The notes beneath the pieces are model-generated. The model did not search any database, had not been told where the DNA came from, and saw only the letters and a list, made by a program, of their open reading frames with translations. A stretch of DNA of 64,000 nt. Origin: Nitrospirota bacterium. GTDB lineage: Bacteria > Nitrospirota > Nitrospiria > JACQBW01. The stretch covers positions 20,341-84,340 of the forward strand of contig JACOTA010000011.1 in assembly GCA_016178585.1 (NCBI GenBank). Reading direction: 5' to 3'. Positions 37,314-47,419 of the stretch are shown here, in pieces. The position numbers and the translations under genes were made by a program. The first letter of the stretch is position 1. Each line of letters begins with the position of its first letter.

Positions 37314-37754
37314 TTATTTTTCAGGGTTTAAGATTTTAAACCCGCTAATTTTGCAGATGTCCAAAAAATGGATGTCTGAGGCAACGATCGTTGGCTTTAA
37401 TGCAAAGATCTCAATCGCATAGGCTAGCTGAAGGGCAGTTGCATATCTAAGGAAAGAGTGTTGGAGAAGGAGGAGTTTGCTGTTTTTGATCACCGTCGGG
37501 GTCATGTCGATGAACTGAAATAATCCATGTTCCATCTCCGATTCGAATTTGTAAACAATCGTATAAAAATCATCCCGGGTAATATCAGCCCGCCGAACTT
37601 TCTTGTTCAAAGTTGAAAAAAGCTCGGTCACCGTGCATTCCGCCAGGACAACATGGCTCTTTTTTTCATTGAGAATTTCATTAATTTTATGGGTACCCAG
37701 TTCGAGGCTATAACGTTTTGCAAGCGCCGTGGTATCAAAAAAGAAATAAGCCAT
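37314..37754 (-). CDS. PIN-domain toxin (VapC-like)
   Basis: 146 aa (MAYFFFDTTALAKRY…) with a PIN-domain acidic residue pattern. It starts 1 nt after the stop of the upstream small gene. Confidence 0.65.
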   Translation of the reverse strand: MAYFFFDTTALAKRYSLELGTHKINEILNEKKSHVVLAECTVTELFSTLNKKVRRADITRDDFYTIVYKFESEMEHGLFQFIDMTPTVIKNSKLLLLQHSFLRYATALQLAYAIEIFALKPTIVASDIHFLDICKISGFKILNPEK

Positions 37755-37984
37755 TATAATTGCTCCCTATCGATCAGGATTTCCTGTGAAAATGTCCGCC
37801 TTGATTTAGATAAACGATCTTGAACTTCTTCTAAAGGGACTTCAGAAAACCCAAGCTTTTTTAACATGTTTTTTATTCCTAATTCCTGAGCGGTTTTGGT
37901 CGCTTTTGCGATTCGTTTCAAAACGACCTCTTTCGGGGAGAATCCGTATTCCTGTCTGGTAATTTTCTTTGACCCTTCTCTCAT
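37754..37984 (-). CDS. putative antitoxin partner of PIN toxin
   Basis: 76 aa, immediately upstream of and abutting the PIN gene. No strong motif was recognised. Confidence 0.45.
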   Translation of the reverse strand: MREGSKKITRQEYGFSPKEVVLKRIAKATKTAQELGIKNMLKKLGFSEVPLEEVQDRLSKSRRTFSQEILIDREQL

Positions 37985-38163
37985 GATAAAGTCCTCAAAT
38001 GATTCGCCCTTTTTTTTAAATCAGGGAAATTTTTTTGCGCATTCACATTTCAGTAAACTAAAATAGTCCTGCGGGTGGAAGAATGTCAAGACGAAAAGTT
38101 TGAAGGGTAAAAGCATATGGACTTTAGTGTTCCTGTTTTGGTATTCTACATTTCTTTCCAAAA

Positions 38164-38240
38164 TGCCCCCGTAGCTCAGTTGGATAGAGCAGCGGTTTCC
38201 TAAACCGTTGGTCGTGCGTTCAATTCGCGCCGGGGGCACC
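38164..38240 (+). tRNA. tRNA-Arg (anticodon CCT)
   Basis: GCCCCCGTAGCTCAGTTGGATAGAGCAGCGGTTTCCTAAACCGTTGGTCGTGCGTTCAATTCGCGCCGGGGGCACCA. It has a 7-bp acceptor stem GCCCCCG/CGGGGGC, a D-arm, the anticodon loop tTCCTAa and a T-arm GTGCGTTCAATTCGCGC, with an encoded CCA. Confidence 0.9.
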
Positions 38241-38442
38241 AATTTTTTCAAAGACTTACAAATCCGCGTTTTTTATTAAACCCCGTATTTTTCCTGATCC
38301 TTTGACCTTATAGCCTGGTTTGGGATAAGGTAGGCGGCAAGATTTATTAAACCGGGGTCAAAAGAGTTTTTTAAGACAGTCGGTCTGGAAGATTGAATAC
38401 CCGCAAGTTTTACGCAGGCAAAAAATAAAGGGGAGATAAATA

Positions 38443-38946
38443 ATGGGATATCAGGAACACAGGGAGAAAGCTTTCAAGGAGGTCAGGTGTGCTGTTATGG
38501 CTGTGAGTGACAGCAGGACACCAGAAACGGATACGGGGGGAAAGCTGATCATTAAATGTCTGCAGGATCAGTCTCACTCCGTGCTTTTATATCGAATTGT
38601 AAAAGATGTTCCGCAAGAGATTCAGATGACACTGGAAGAAATCGTGATGTATGAAAAAATCCAGGCGGTGATCCTCACGGGCGGAACCGGACTTTCAAGA
38701 AGGGACGTCACTTATGAAACAATTGAAAATTTGATGGAAAAGCAGATTACCGGTTTTGGAGAATTGTTTCGTTATTTGAGTTATCAGGAAATTGGGCCCG
38801 CGGCAATGATGAGCCGGGCCACAGCTGGAATTTACCAGGGAAAATTGGTTTTTTCCCTTCCGGGTTCGGAAGCGGCGGTCAGGCTTGCCATGGAAAAACT
38901 TATCCTTCCAGAATTAGGGCATATGGTATGGGATGTTAGCCGATAG
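38443..38946 (+). CDS. moaB: molybdenum cofactor biosynthesis protein B (MogA/MoaB family)
   Basis: 167 aa (…VILTGGTGLSRRDVTYE…, …GSEAAVRLA…). Confidence 0.85.
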   Translation: MGYQEHREKAFKEVRCAVMAVSDSRTPETDTGGKLIIKCLQDQSHSVLLYRIVKDVPQEIQMTLEEIVMYEKIQAVILTGGTGLSRRDVTYETIENLMEKQITGFGELFRYLSYQEIGPAAMMSRATAGIYQGKLVFSLPGSEAAVRLAMEKLILPELGHMVWDVSR

Positions 38947-39266
38947 AGGAGAATTAAAAGATAGGGATAGGTTAAAAACGAAAAATTGAGTGTCTAGACA
39001 AATAGACAGATTATTTTATTTGAAAAGGCAGGTTTATTTATTTAACACCTCATTGACCTGTCTATTCCATTATACGACTGGGACATTTAGCCCGTAATTT
39101 CCTCTTTTTTTGTTTTGAAAAATATTCTAATCGTCTAATATAACGCGTTGTTTTTACAAAATATTTAGGTTTGTCGAGGTTATTGAGTTTTCTCATTTTC
39201 TTTTGGCATAATCATTGCTTTTTTTCAAGATATACGGTGAAAAGGACGATAAGAAAAGGGTGGTGC

Positions 39267-39470
39267 ATGATGGAATGTCCAAGATGTAAAGGAAGCATGA
39301 TGGTGGATACTTTTTTGGATCTTCGGGATGATACGGGGCGTTTTGCCTTTCGGGGGTGGAGATGCTTAATCTGTGGAGAGGTATTCGACCCGGTCATTTC
39401 TGCCAACCGAAAGCTCCATCCTCCTCCCGTTACGGGGAAAAAAAGAAAGGCGGTTATCGGCGTTAACTAG
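39267..39470 (+). CDS. YgiT/MqsA-type zinc-ribbon small protein
   Basis: MMECPRCKGSMMVDTFLDLRDDTGRFAFRGWRCLICGEVFDPV… with two CxxC pairs about 25 aa apart. An ATG at 39267 follows the GGTGG at 39260-39264. The long 5' extension of the track ORF is rejected. Confidence 0.55.
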   Translation: MMECPRCKGSMMVDTFLDLRDDTGRFAFRGWRCLICGEVFDPVISANRKLHPPPVTGKKRKAVIGVN

Positions 39471-39605
39471 GGATGACGTCTCGGCCTTTTTGGAGGTGAA
39501 ATCCTGCCGGTGGTTTCAGAAGTTCGGCGAGGTCTTTTTCGAGACCACGTCAGGGAGATGTTTTTTGCCTAAAAATCAAGGGGGTGCGCTTATCGAAAGG
39601 GAGAG

Positions 39606-40262
39606 ATGATTTTTAAAGATCGACGGCAAGCTGCCCGGCAATTGGCTGAAAAATTAAAAAGGTACGACGGAAAAAATCCCCTTGTTTTAGCCATTCCACG
39701 CGGGGCGGTTCCGATGGCGCAAGTAATGGCCGATGCTTTGAATGGCGAAATGGATGTCGTTCTTGTCCATAAGTTACGAGCTCCCTATCAACCTGAACTC
39801 GCAATTGGCTCTGTGGACGAGAGCGGCCACCTTTATCTAAGCCGGCATGCGGCCGATCTTAAAATAGACGAAACCTATATCAGGGAAGAAAAAGAGAGAC
39901 AGCTTAAAATCTTGCGTCGGCGCCGGGCGCACTATACGCCGGTCCATCCGCCCGTTAGTCCTGTTCATCGAATTGTAATTGTTGTTGATGATGGGATCGC
40001 AACAGGCGCCAGCATGATTGCGGCGCTTCGTTCTATTCGGGCCCAAAAACCGGCTAAATTAATTGCGGCGACATCCGTGGCTCCTCATGAGGGTCTCGAA
40101 AAGATTCGGGGTTTGGCGGATGAAGTCGAGTGCCTCCTCGTGCCTGACAATTTTTACGCAGTGGGGCAGTTTTTTGAGGAATTTTCACAGGTCTCCGACG
40201 AAGAAGTTATTGCCATTTTACAGACAAGCCGCCTTTCCCCGCCCGAAAACGAAAAAGATTAG
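39606..40262 (+). CDS. phosphoribosyltransferase family protein (COG1926-type predicted PRTase)
   Basis: 218 aa with the PRPP-binding motif VVDDGIATGASM and the N-terminal pattern RRQAARQLAEKL…. Confidence 0.75.
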   Translation: MIFKDRRQAARQLAEKLKRYDGKNPLVLAIPRGAVPMAQVMADALNGEMDVVLVHKLRAPYQPELAIGSVDESGHLYLSRHAADLKIDETYIREEKERQLKILRRRRAHYTPVHPPVSPVHRIVIVVDDGIATGASMIAALRSIRAQKPAKLIAATSVAPHEGLEKIRGLADEVECLLVPDNFYAVGQFFEEFSQVSDEEVIAILQTSRLSPPENEKD

Positions 40263-40324
40263 ACGCGAATACCAGCTTCACATGTTTCTTGAACCACCGG
40301 GCCGCCTTTTCCGGTATCAAGTTA

Positions 40325-40519
40325 TCATTTTGTGGCTTTTCTTCTGGCTCTCGATGTCAGAGCCGGAATCCTGTTCTGTCGATGAGCGTCGATGAGCGGG
40401 TCGAGGATTTTACCGCACAAAATACACCTCCACCCGGTGAAACTGGCTTTCCCGGTATCATCCTGGTAATCGTAAAACTGTTCAAAGACCATGAGACCTT
40501 TACATTTTGGACATTCCAT
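40325..40519 (-). CDS. YgiT/MqsA-type zinc-ribbon small protein (paralog of 39267..39470)
   Basis: MECPKCKGLMVFEQFYDYQDDTGKASFTGWRCILCGKILDPLIDAHRQ… shares the architecture of the upstream paralog and is about 50% identical to it. Confidence 0.55.
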   Translation of the reverse strand: MECPKCKGLMVFEQFYDYQDDTGKASFTGWRCILCGKILDPLIDAHRQNRIPALTSRARRKATK

Positions 40520-40615
40520 TTTATTTGCCCTCCGGCATACTCCTTAGTTGTTTAAGGACAGGTTAAGTCAGCACCGGTTAAGAATCTTAATATTAAGATA
40601 TTTCTGAAAAAAATA

Positions 40616-41155
40616 TTAGAAATCTTGAGCCGGGAGACCAATTAGTTTTCTGCACATACAAAAAAGTTTTTTTTGTTCTTCTCGTGTTAAAACTTTGAAT
40701 TCTTCCTGGATAAAAGAGGAAACCTTTGGGATAACTTCAGTGATGACCTTTTTCCCTTCGTCGGTTAGATATATTCTGATAAAGCGTCGGTCTTCGCCCT
40801 GTCGCTCTCGCCTTACCAGGGCCCTTTTTTCTAAGTTATCAATGACCAGGGTGATATTTCCGCTGCTTTTAAAGATTTTCTCTCCCAACTCCTTCTGACA
40901 TTGGGCTCCGCTCCGGCAAAGCGTTTCTAATATTCCGAATTGGCTGATTGTTAACCCCTGATTTTCACAACGAAAACTCAACTGGGTAGCCAGGTAATCA
41001 CTTGCCCTAATTAAAGTAAGGAAAGAGGAAAGAGCCCCAGTACATACCTCAGGATTTTCATTACGATTAGTTTCCAAAAACTCCTCCAAAAAATACCTTA
41101 ATATTAAGCTAATGTATTTTAAGATATTTGTCAAGAGATAAAGAAAAGCCCTCAT
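40616..41155 (-). CDS. MarR family transcriptional regulator
   Basis: Winged-helix region (…LTISQFGILETLCRSGAQCQKELGEKIFKSSGNITLVIDNLEKRALVRRERQGEDRRFIRIYLTDEGK…). The N-terminal 35-40 aa of the track ORF are probably not translated. Confidence 0.7.
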   Translation of the reverse strand: MRAFLYLLTNILKYISLILRYFLEEFLETNRNENPEVCTGALSSFLTLIRASDYLATQLSFRCENQGLTISQFGILETLCRSGAQCQKELGEKIFKSSGNITLVIDNLEKRALVRRERQGEDRRFIRIYLTDEGKKVITEVIPKVSSFIQEEFKVLTREEQKKLFCMCRKLIGLPAQDF

Positions 41156-41252
41156 CCTTTGAAGAACTTTGAAAAGAAAATGAGAGTAGACCGTCGAAAT
41201 ATTTTCATGTTACTATAAATGTTTATAAATTGAGATTTCGACAGGAAAAACC

Positions 41253-44066
41253 GTGAACCCAAAGACGATCAGGATCAAAGGCGCCCGGGAACATAATTTA
41301 AAAAATATCGACGTAGAAATTCCCCGCGATCAACTGGTTGTGATTACGGGACTTTCCGGTTCCGGAAAGTCCACCCTGGCGTTTGATACGATCTATGCAG
41401 AAGGGCAAAGGCGGTATGTCGAATCCCTTTCCACCTATGCGCGCCAATTCCTGGAACAAATGGGCAAGCCCGATGTCGATTCGATCGAAGGGCTTTCTCC
41501 GGCAATTTCCATTGAACAGAAAACAACCAGTAAAAATCCCAGATCAACCGTTGGGACGGTGACGGAGATCTATGACTATTTCCGTCTTTTATTTGCACGG
41601 GTCGGCCATCCGCATTGTTATCAATGCGGTAAAGAAATTACGGCTCAAACCGTGACGCAGATCGTTGACGCGGTGATAGGCTATCCGGAAGGTTCCAAAA
41701 TTCAGGTGATGGCGCCACTCATTCAAGGCAGAAAAGGGGAATACCGGAAGGAACTCCTGCAGATCAAGAAAAGCGGATATGTGCGCGCCAGAATCGACGG
41801 TAAAATGGTTGAACTGTCGGAAGTCCCTCAGCTGGATAAGAATAAAAAACATACCATAGACATCGTCGTCGACCGGATTATTTTAAAACCGGGAATTGAA
41901 AAGCGGCTGGCCGATTCTCTGGAGACCGCTGTTTCTCTTTCCGGCGGATTGGTTGTGGTTGCACGGGAGAATCGGGAGGATGTTTTGTTCAATGAAAAGC
42001 TTGCCTGCACGACGTGCGGTATCAGCTATCCCGAAATTGCCCCCCGTATGTTTTCGTTTAACAGTCCGCAAGGGGCTTGCCCGGCCTGTGGCGGGCTGGG
42101 GACGACCCGAGATCTCGACCCTGACATGATTGTTCCTGACAAAACCCTTTCGTTGAGGGAGGGAGCGATTAAACCATGGGAAAAACGGAGTTCGGGGTTT
42201 TACTTTCAGGTCATGGAAGCGTTAGCCAATCATTTTAAATTTGATTTAAAGACTCCTTTTAAATCTTTAAAGCCTGATTTTCAAAAAGCCATTCTCTACG
42301 GTACCGAAAATGAGACGATTACCTTTTATTTTGAAAGGGAAGGGAAAAGAGAGTTCTACCAAAAACCCTTTGAAGGCGTCCTTCATAATCTTGAAAGACG
42401 GTATCGGGAAACAGATTCCGTTTACATCCGCGATGAAATTGAAAAGTATATGAGTATCCGTCCCTGTCCGGACTGCGGAGGTGACCGGTTAAAAAAGGAG
42501 AGCCTGGCGATTAAAATAGGAGGCAAATCGATTACCGAAGTGACCCGATTTTCTATTCGAGATGCCGATCAATTTTTTTCTCAACTTGATTTGACTGAAA
42601 AAGAAAGGTTGATCGCGCACCGGATTTTAAAAGAAATTAAAGAGCGGCTGGGTTTTCTGATTAGCGTCGGCGTGGACTACCTCGCTTTAGACCGGACAGC
42701 AGCGACCCTTTCCGGGGGGGAAGGTCAGCGGATTCGCCTGGCAACTCAGATTGGATCGAGCCTCGTCGGGGTGCTTTATATTCTGGACGAACCTAGCATC
42801 GGGTTACATCAGCGGGACAACGAACGACTTCTCAACACGCTTAAAAGGTTAAGAGACCTTGGAAATACGGTTCTGGTGGTGGAACATGATGAAGAAACGA
42901 TCCTGGATGCCGATTACGTTATTGATATGGGTCCGGGAGCGGGTGTTTTAGGGGGGAAGATTGTTTCTCAGGGCACGCCTGAGGAGATTAAGAGGGACCC
43001 CCTGTCTCTGACGGGAAAATATTTAAGCGGGCAAATTTCCATCAGGCTTCCCAAAAGGCATCGGCCGACCCGAAAATTTTTAAAAATTAAAAGCGCGTCT
43101 GAAAATAACCTGAAAGGAATCGACGTCTCCTTTCCGTTGGGGTTGTTTACCTGTGTTACCGGTGTTTCGGGATCAGGCAAAAGCACCCTGGTGATCGATG
43201 TGCTGTATAAAAACCTGGCCCACCACTTTTACCGTTCTTCCGAAAAACCGGGTGCCTGTTCCCACATTACCGGGTTGGAGGAACTTGATAAAGTGATTAA
43301 TATCGATCAATCTCCCATAGGGAGAACCCCCAGGTCGAACCCGGCGACTTATACGGGACTCTTTACCCATATTCGCGATCTTTTTACCCAGTTGCCCGAA
43401 TCGAGAGCAAGGGGCTATAAACCTGGCCGGTATAGTTTTAACGTCAAAGGGGGCAGGTGCGAGGCTTGCCAGGGAGACGGCGTCATTAAAATTGAAATGC
43501 ATTTCCTTCCTGACGTTTATGTGACCTGCGAGCTTTGTAAAGGGAAACGTTATAACCGTGAAACCCTTGAGATAAGGTATAAACATAAAAATGTCGCTGA
43601 TATTTTAGATATGAGCGTGGAAGAAAGTGTAATTTTCTTTGATTCGATTCCTCTCCTTAAGAACAAACTGGAGACGTTATACGATGTAGGGCTTGCCTAT
43701 GTTAAGCTCGGTCAGTCGGCAACAACCTTATCGGGCGGAGAAGCGCAAAGAATTAAATTATCAAAAGAACTTTCAAAGCGTGCCACAGGGCGTACCTTGT
43801 ATATTCTTGACGAGCCGACGACCGGTCTTCACTTCGCCGATATCCAGAAACTTTTAGATGTTTTAAACCGGTTGGTGGAGGGAGGAAATACGGTCGTTGT
43901 GATTGAACATAACCTTGATGTCATAAAAAATGCGGATTATGTCATTGACCTGGGCCCGGAAGGAGGGCTAAACGGGGGAGGGGTCGTGGTCACGGGAACC
44001 CCTGAAGAGGTTGCTCAGTTTCCGGGGTCTCATACGGGCAAGTTCCTCAAAAAAGTCCTCTCTTAG
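41253..44066 (+). CDS. uvrA: excinuclease ABC subunit A
   Basis: 937 aa with two ABC ATPase modules ([23 protein letters not shown]), zinc-finger Cys clusters and LSGGE signatures. Confidence 0.97.
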   Translation: MNPKTIRIKGAREHNLKNIDVEIPRDQLVVITGLSGSGKSTLAFDTIYAEGQRRYVESLSTYARQFLEQMGKPDVDSIEGLSPAISIEQKTTSKNPRSTVGTVTEIYDYFRLLFARVGHPHCYQCGKEITAQTVTQIVDAVIGYPEGSKIQVMAPLIQGRKGEYRKELLQIKKSGYVRARIDGKMVELSEVPQLDKNKKHTIDIVVDRIILKPGIEKRLADSLETAVSLSGGLVVVARENREDVLFNEKLACTTCGISYPEIAPRMFSFNSPQGACPACGGLGTTRDLDPDMIVPDKTLSLREGAIKPWEKRSSGFYFQVMEALANHFKFDLKTPFKSLKPDFQKAILYGTENETITFYFEREGKREFYQKPFEGVLHNLERRYRETDSVYIRDEIEKYMSIRPCPDCGGDRLKKESLAIKIGGKSITEVTRFSIRDADQFFSQLDLTEKERLIAHRILKEIKERLGFLISVGVDYLALDRTAATLSGGEGQRIRLATQIGSSLVGVLYILDEPSIGLHQRDNERLLNTLKRLRDLGNTVLVVEHDEETILDADYVIDMGPGAGVLGGKIVSQGTPEEIKRDPLSLTGKYLSGQISIRLPKRHRPTRKFLKIKSASENNLKGIDVSFPLGLFTCVTGVSGSGKSTLVIDVLYKNLAHHFYRSSEKPGACSHITGLEELDKVINIDQSPIGRTPRSNPATYTGLFTHIRDLFTQLPESRARGYKPGRYSFNVKGGRCEACQGDGVIKIEMHFLPDVYVTCELCKGKRYNRETLEIRYKHKNVADILDMSVEESVIFFDSIPLLKNKLETLYDVGLAYVKLGQSATTLSGGEAQRIKLSKELSKRATGRTLYILDEPTTGLHFADIQKLLDVLNRLVEGGNTVVVIEHNLDVIKNADYVIDLGPEGGLNGGGVVVTGTPEEVAQFPGSHTGKFLKKVLS

Positions 44067-44149
44067 GCCGCTGAAAAAGCTCATCCCGTCTGATTGGACA
44101 AGAGATATAAAAATTGACTTTTGACCGGCATTTCGATTAAAATAAGTTC

Positions 44150-45388
44150 ATGACATTTGATGATCTTTCTCTTTCTGAAGGGTTGCTTCGAAAGATAAAG
44201 AAGCTGAACTTCTCTCTATGTACCCCCATCCAGGAAAAAACGCTTCCTTTAACGCTTCAGGGAAAAGATGTTGCAGGCCAGGCCCAAACCGGAACGGGAA
44301 AAACCGCGGCATTTCTGATTGCGCTTTTTAACCGCCTTCTTTCTTTACCTTCGTCTTCGCAGGAAGACCTGGCGCCGCGGGCATTGATTATTGCGCCTAC
44401 GCGGGAACTCGCCGTTCAGATTCAGCAGGATGCTATTTCCCTGAATCCCGATGACCAATTTAAAATTCATGCCGTATTCGGGGGTATGGATTATGAAAAA
44501 CAACAGAACCAGTTTAAACAGGGTGTTGATATTTTAATCGGAACCCCCGGACGCCTGATTGATTTTTTTAAGCAGAAAAATTTCAACTTAAAGTCCATTA
44601 AAATCCTTGTGATTGACGAAGCAGACCGGATGTTCGATATGGGTTTTATCCCGGATTTGCGGTATATTCTGAGAAAAATGCCTCCTTACCATCAGCGCCA
44701 GACCCTTCTTTTTTCTGCGACCTTGAATTTCCGGGTGATGGAATTGGCCTATGAACATATGAATAACCCCGTAAAGGTGGAAATTTCACCTGATCAGCTT
44801 ACCGCGGACAGGGTTCAACAGACGCTTTACCATGTCGAAAAAACAAAAAAGTTTTTTCTTCTTCAGGGGTTATTAGAAAAAAAAGGCATGGACCGTGTCT
44901 TGATTTTCATAAATACCAAGCAGGCAGGGGAACTGATCTGCAATCGCCTGCAACGAAGGGAAAAGTCGGTCGAAGCCATTACCGGCGATATCCCCCAGGC
45001 CAAACGGCTGAAAATATTGGACGATTTTAAGAATGGAAGATTAAACTTCCTGGTTGCAACCGATGTTGCTTCGAGAGGATTGCATATCGAGGGGGTAACG
45101 CATGTCATTAATTACGACGTTCCCCAGGACCCCGAAGATTATGTTCACCGAATCGGGAGAACGGCAAGAGCCGGAGCCCAGGGAATTGCCATTACCCTTG
45201 CCTGCGACGAATATGTCTACGGGCTAGAGGCGATTGAAAAATTTATTAATCAAAAAATTCCTGTGGAATGGGCAGAAGACGACCTTTTTATCGATTTACC
45301 GCATGCGCCGTTTCGTGGAAAAAGAGGACAACCTCCTCCGGTCAGAAAAAAAGGCCAATTTAAAGCGCGGTCGCGGCCCCATTCATAA
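44150..45388 (+). CDS. DEAD-box ATP-dependent RNA helicase (RhlE-like)
   Basis: Q-motif, Walker A AQTGTGKT, PTRELA, DEAD (VIDEAD), SAT and HRIGRTAR motifs, plus a basic C-terminal tail. Confidence 0.92.
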   Translation: MTFDDLSLSEGLLRKIKKLNFSLCTPIQEKTLPLTLQGKDVAGQAQTGTGKTAAFLIALFNRLLSLPSSSQEDLAPRALIIAPTRELAVQIQQDAISLNPDDQFKIHAVFGGMDYEKQQNQFKQGVDILIGTPGRLIDFFKQKNFNLKSIKILVIDEADRMFDMGFIPDLRYILRKMPPYHQRQTLLFSATLNFRVMELAYEHMNNPVKVEISPDQLTADRVQQTLYHVEKTKKFFLLQGLLEKKGMDRVLIFINTKQAGELICNRLQRREKSVEAITGDIPQAKRLKILDDFKNGRLNFLVATDVASRGLHIEGVTHVINYDVPQDPEDYVHRIGRTARAGAQGIAITLACDEYVYGLEAIEKFINQKIPVEWAEDDLFIDLPHAPFRGKRGQPPPVRKKGQFKARSRPHS

Positions 45389-45401
45389 CTCAACTTCTCT
45401 T

Positions 45402-46022
45402 TTAAATTTTCTTATAGACCCGGTCGTTGACTCTGACCATTTCCCTAACCTGAAGACCGATGGTTTGTCCCGGCCCAGCCTCTTGAATATTCTCGTGTTC
45501 GATCTGCATCGTATTGACGACCTGTTCAAAATCGGTCGTATGTCCCTTGATATGAAGGGCATCCCCGATTCGAAGCTTTCCCTGTTGCCCCAATTCAACG
45601 ATTCCGATTCCTATATGACTGTAATAATGGGTGATCTTCCCGACCTCCTGTTCCTTTATCAAAGGGGGAGTTTTTTGAATGGGCGATTCAGTCTCGGGGG
45701 CTATGTAAAACACCTTGGCGGATTCCCGGATGACCGTTGTCCCGAATACCTCAAGGGCCGGGGTCGTCTTAACGCTCTTGTTTAAGGGGACCTTTTTCCT
45801 GTTTGAAGTTTTGACAACCGTTTTTTTGATTGTTTTCTTAACGGTTTTTTTTACGGCTTTCTTAGTTGTTTTTTTGGCTGTCGTTTTCCCGACGCTTTTC
45901 TTTGCCGCCGGTTTTTTCTTCGGTTTTGCGGTAGTTTTCTTTTTTTTGACCGTAGAGGTCACTTTCTTTTTGGGGAGAGTTTTTTTTCTGGCGCCCGATG
46001 AAGACTTTGCTTTTGTTTTCAT
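45402..46022 (-). CDS. lysine-rich histone H1-like protein with C-terminal beta-barrel domain
   Basis: 206 aa. The first ~80 residues are K/A/T-rich repeats (KKTTAKPKKKPAAKKSVGKTTAKKTTKKAVKKTVKKTIKKT) and the C-terminal ~110 aa form a distinct globular domain. Confidence 0.6.
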   Translation of the reverse strand: MKTKAKSSSGARKKTLPKKKVTSTVKKKKTTAKPKKKPAAKKSVGKTTAKKTTKKAVKKTVKKTIKKTVVKTSNRKKVPLNKSVKTTPALEVFGTTVIRESAKVFYIAPETESPIQKTPPLIKEQEVGKITHYYSHIGIGIVELGQQGKLRIGDALHIKGHTTDFEQVVNTMQIEHENIQEAGPGQTIGLQVREMVRVNDRVYKKI

Positions 46023-46061
46023 TTTAACCTCCTGGTTTTTAAGAAGTGTATGAAAATCGAG

Positions 46062-47249
46062 TTAAGACTCTCTTTGACTAAGCGGGGTATATTTTTTGTT
46101 CCTTTCCCCTTCGTAAATTTCAGTCGGTCTGAAGATATGATTATCCTGGACCTGTTCAAGCCAGTGTGCAAGCCATCCGGCTATTCTCCCCATGGCAAAG
46201 ACCGGCGTAAAAAAATCTATATCAATCGACATTTTTTGGTAAACAAACCCGGAATAAAAATCGACATTGGCATAAATCCCTTTATGGGATAAAAGTTTTT
46301 CCGCGACTTTTTCTACCTCTTCGGCTATTTCATACAATGGAGATTTTCCGTTCTGTTGAAAAAGCTGCCTTGCCAGTTTTTGAAGGAAAACCGCCCGAGG
46401 ATCTTTGACCTTGTATTCACGGTGTCCCATCCCCATGATTCTTTCTTTATTGGCAAGTTTCTTTTCAAGATAGCCTTCCGCGTTGGCCTTAGATCCTATC
46501 TCCCTCAACATCATCAGGACTTCCTCATTGGCTCCCCCATGCAAAGGTCCCCTTAACGTTCCAACAGCCGAAGAGATGACCGTATAAGGATCGGCGAGTG
46601 TTGAAGCCGTGACCATGCCTGAGAAGGTTGAAGCATTCATGGTATGTTCGGCATGCAAAATCAGACAACTGTCCAAAACTTTTGCCACCAGGGGGTGGGG
46701 CACCTTTCCGTGAAGCATATAAAGAAAATTTTCGGAATGGTTTAAATCTTCCCGCGGAAGGATATGTTCGTCTCCCCGTCTCATTCGGTAATACGCGGCA
46801 ATAATGGTGGGAATTTTCGCAATCAAGCGAACGGCGGAAATATATTGTGTTTCAGGATTGGTCACATCCTTGGCCTCATAAAACATCCCCAGCGCCGCGA
46901 CGGTTGCCTGTAAAGCATACATGGGATGACCGCTTTCAGGAAAGCATTTCATCAGGTCTGTGATCCTGAACTTGATTCGGCGGTGTTCCCTAATGTCCAA
47001 ATCAAACTGTTCTAACTCTCTTTTTGTCGGGAGGCTTCCAAATAGGAGGAGATAAGCGGTTTCAATGAAGGTGCTTTGTTCGGCCAGTTGTTCAATCGAA
47101 ATCCCCCGATATTCGAGGATTCCTTTTTGGCCATCAAGGTAGCTGACTTTTGATTTAGCGGCTGGTACGCCTGATAAGCCTGGTGAAAACTTTTCCATGA
47201 GCGTTTCTCCATCCGGTGTCATTGTATTGATCTTCAATTCAAAAAGCAA
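46062..47249 (-). CDS. gltA: citrate synthase (type II / 2-methylcitrate synthase-like)
   Basis: 395 aa (…GYRGI…, …LHAEHTMNAS…, …MGMGHREYKVKDPRA…) with the catalytic His/Asp motifs of citrate synthase. Confidence 0.9.
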   Translation of the reverse strand: MLFELKINTMTPDGETLMEKFSPGLSGVPAAKSKVSYLDGQKGILEYRGISIEQLAEQSTFIETAYLLLFGSLPTKRELEQFDLDIREHRRIKFRITDLMKCFPESGHPMYALQATVAALGMFYEAKDVTNPETQYISAVRLIAKIPTIIAAYYRMRRGDEHILPREDLNHSENFLYMLHGKVPHPLVAKVLDSCLILHAEHTMNASTFSGMVTASTLADPYTVISSAVGTLRGPLHGGANEEVLMMLREIGSKANAEGYLEKKLANKERIMGMGHREYKVKDPRAVFLQKLARQLFQQNGKSPLYEIAEEVEKVAEKLLSHKGIYANVDFYSGFVYQKMSIDIDFFTPVFAMGRIAGWLAHWLEQVQDNHIFRPTEIYEGERNKKYTPLSQRES

Positions 47250-47419
47250 CTTTTGGTTAACTTTTATTCATTTTTTTAAATATCACGATGAACTGAAAAG
47301 TTCGAGGGTTTTAATCTTTCCTGCCGCTTTCCAAAATTATACCATGCTATCTTTTTTGGGCAACTCGGAAAACGGCTTTGGTTGAAATATTCCCTGAAAT
47401 ATATTATAGTATCTTCCAT

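Noticed and set aside
38021-38251. 76-aa ORF on the minus strand
   Set aside because: It completely overlaps the tRNA-Arg gene and is an ORF-finder artefact.
45234-46053. Plus-strand ORFs of 183 aa and 112 aa overlapping the lysine-rich protein gene
   Set aside because: These are antisense to a gene with a far more plausible product. The 112-aa ORF is a low-complexity F/V-rich mirror of the lysine codons (AAA/AAG read as TTT/CTT).
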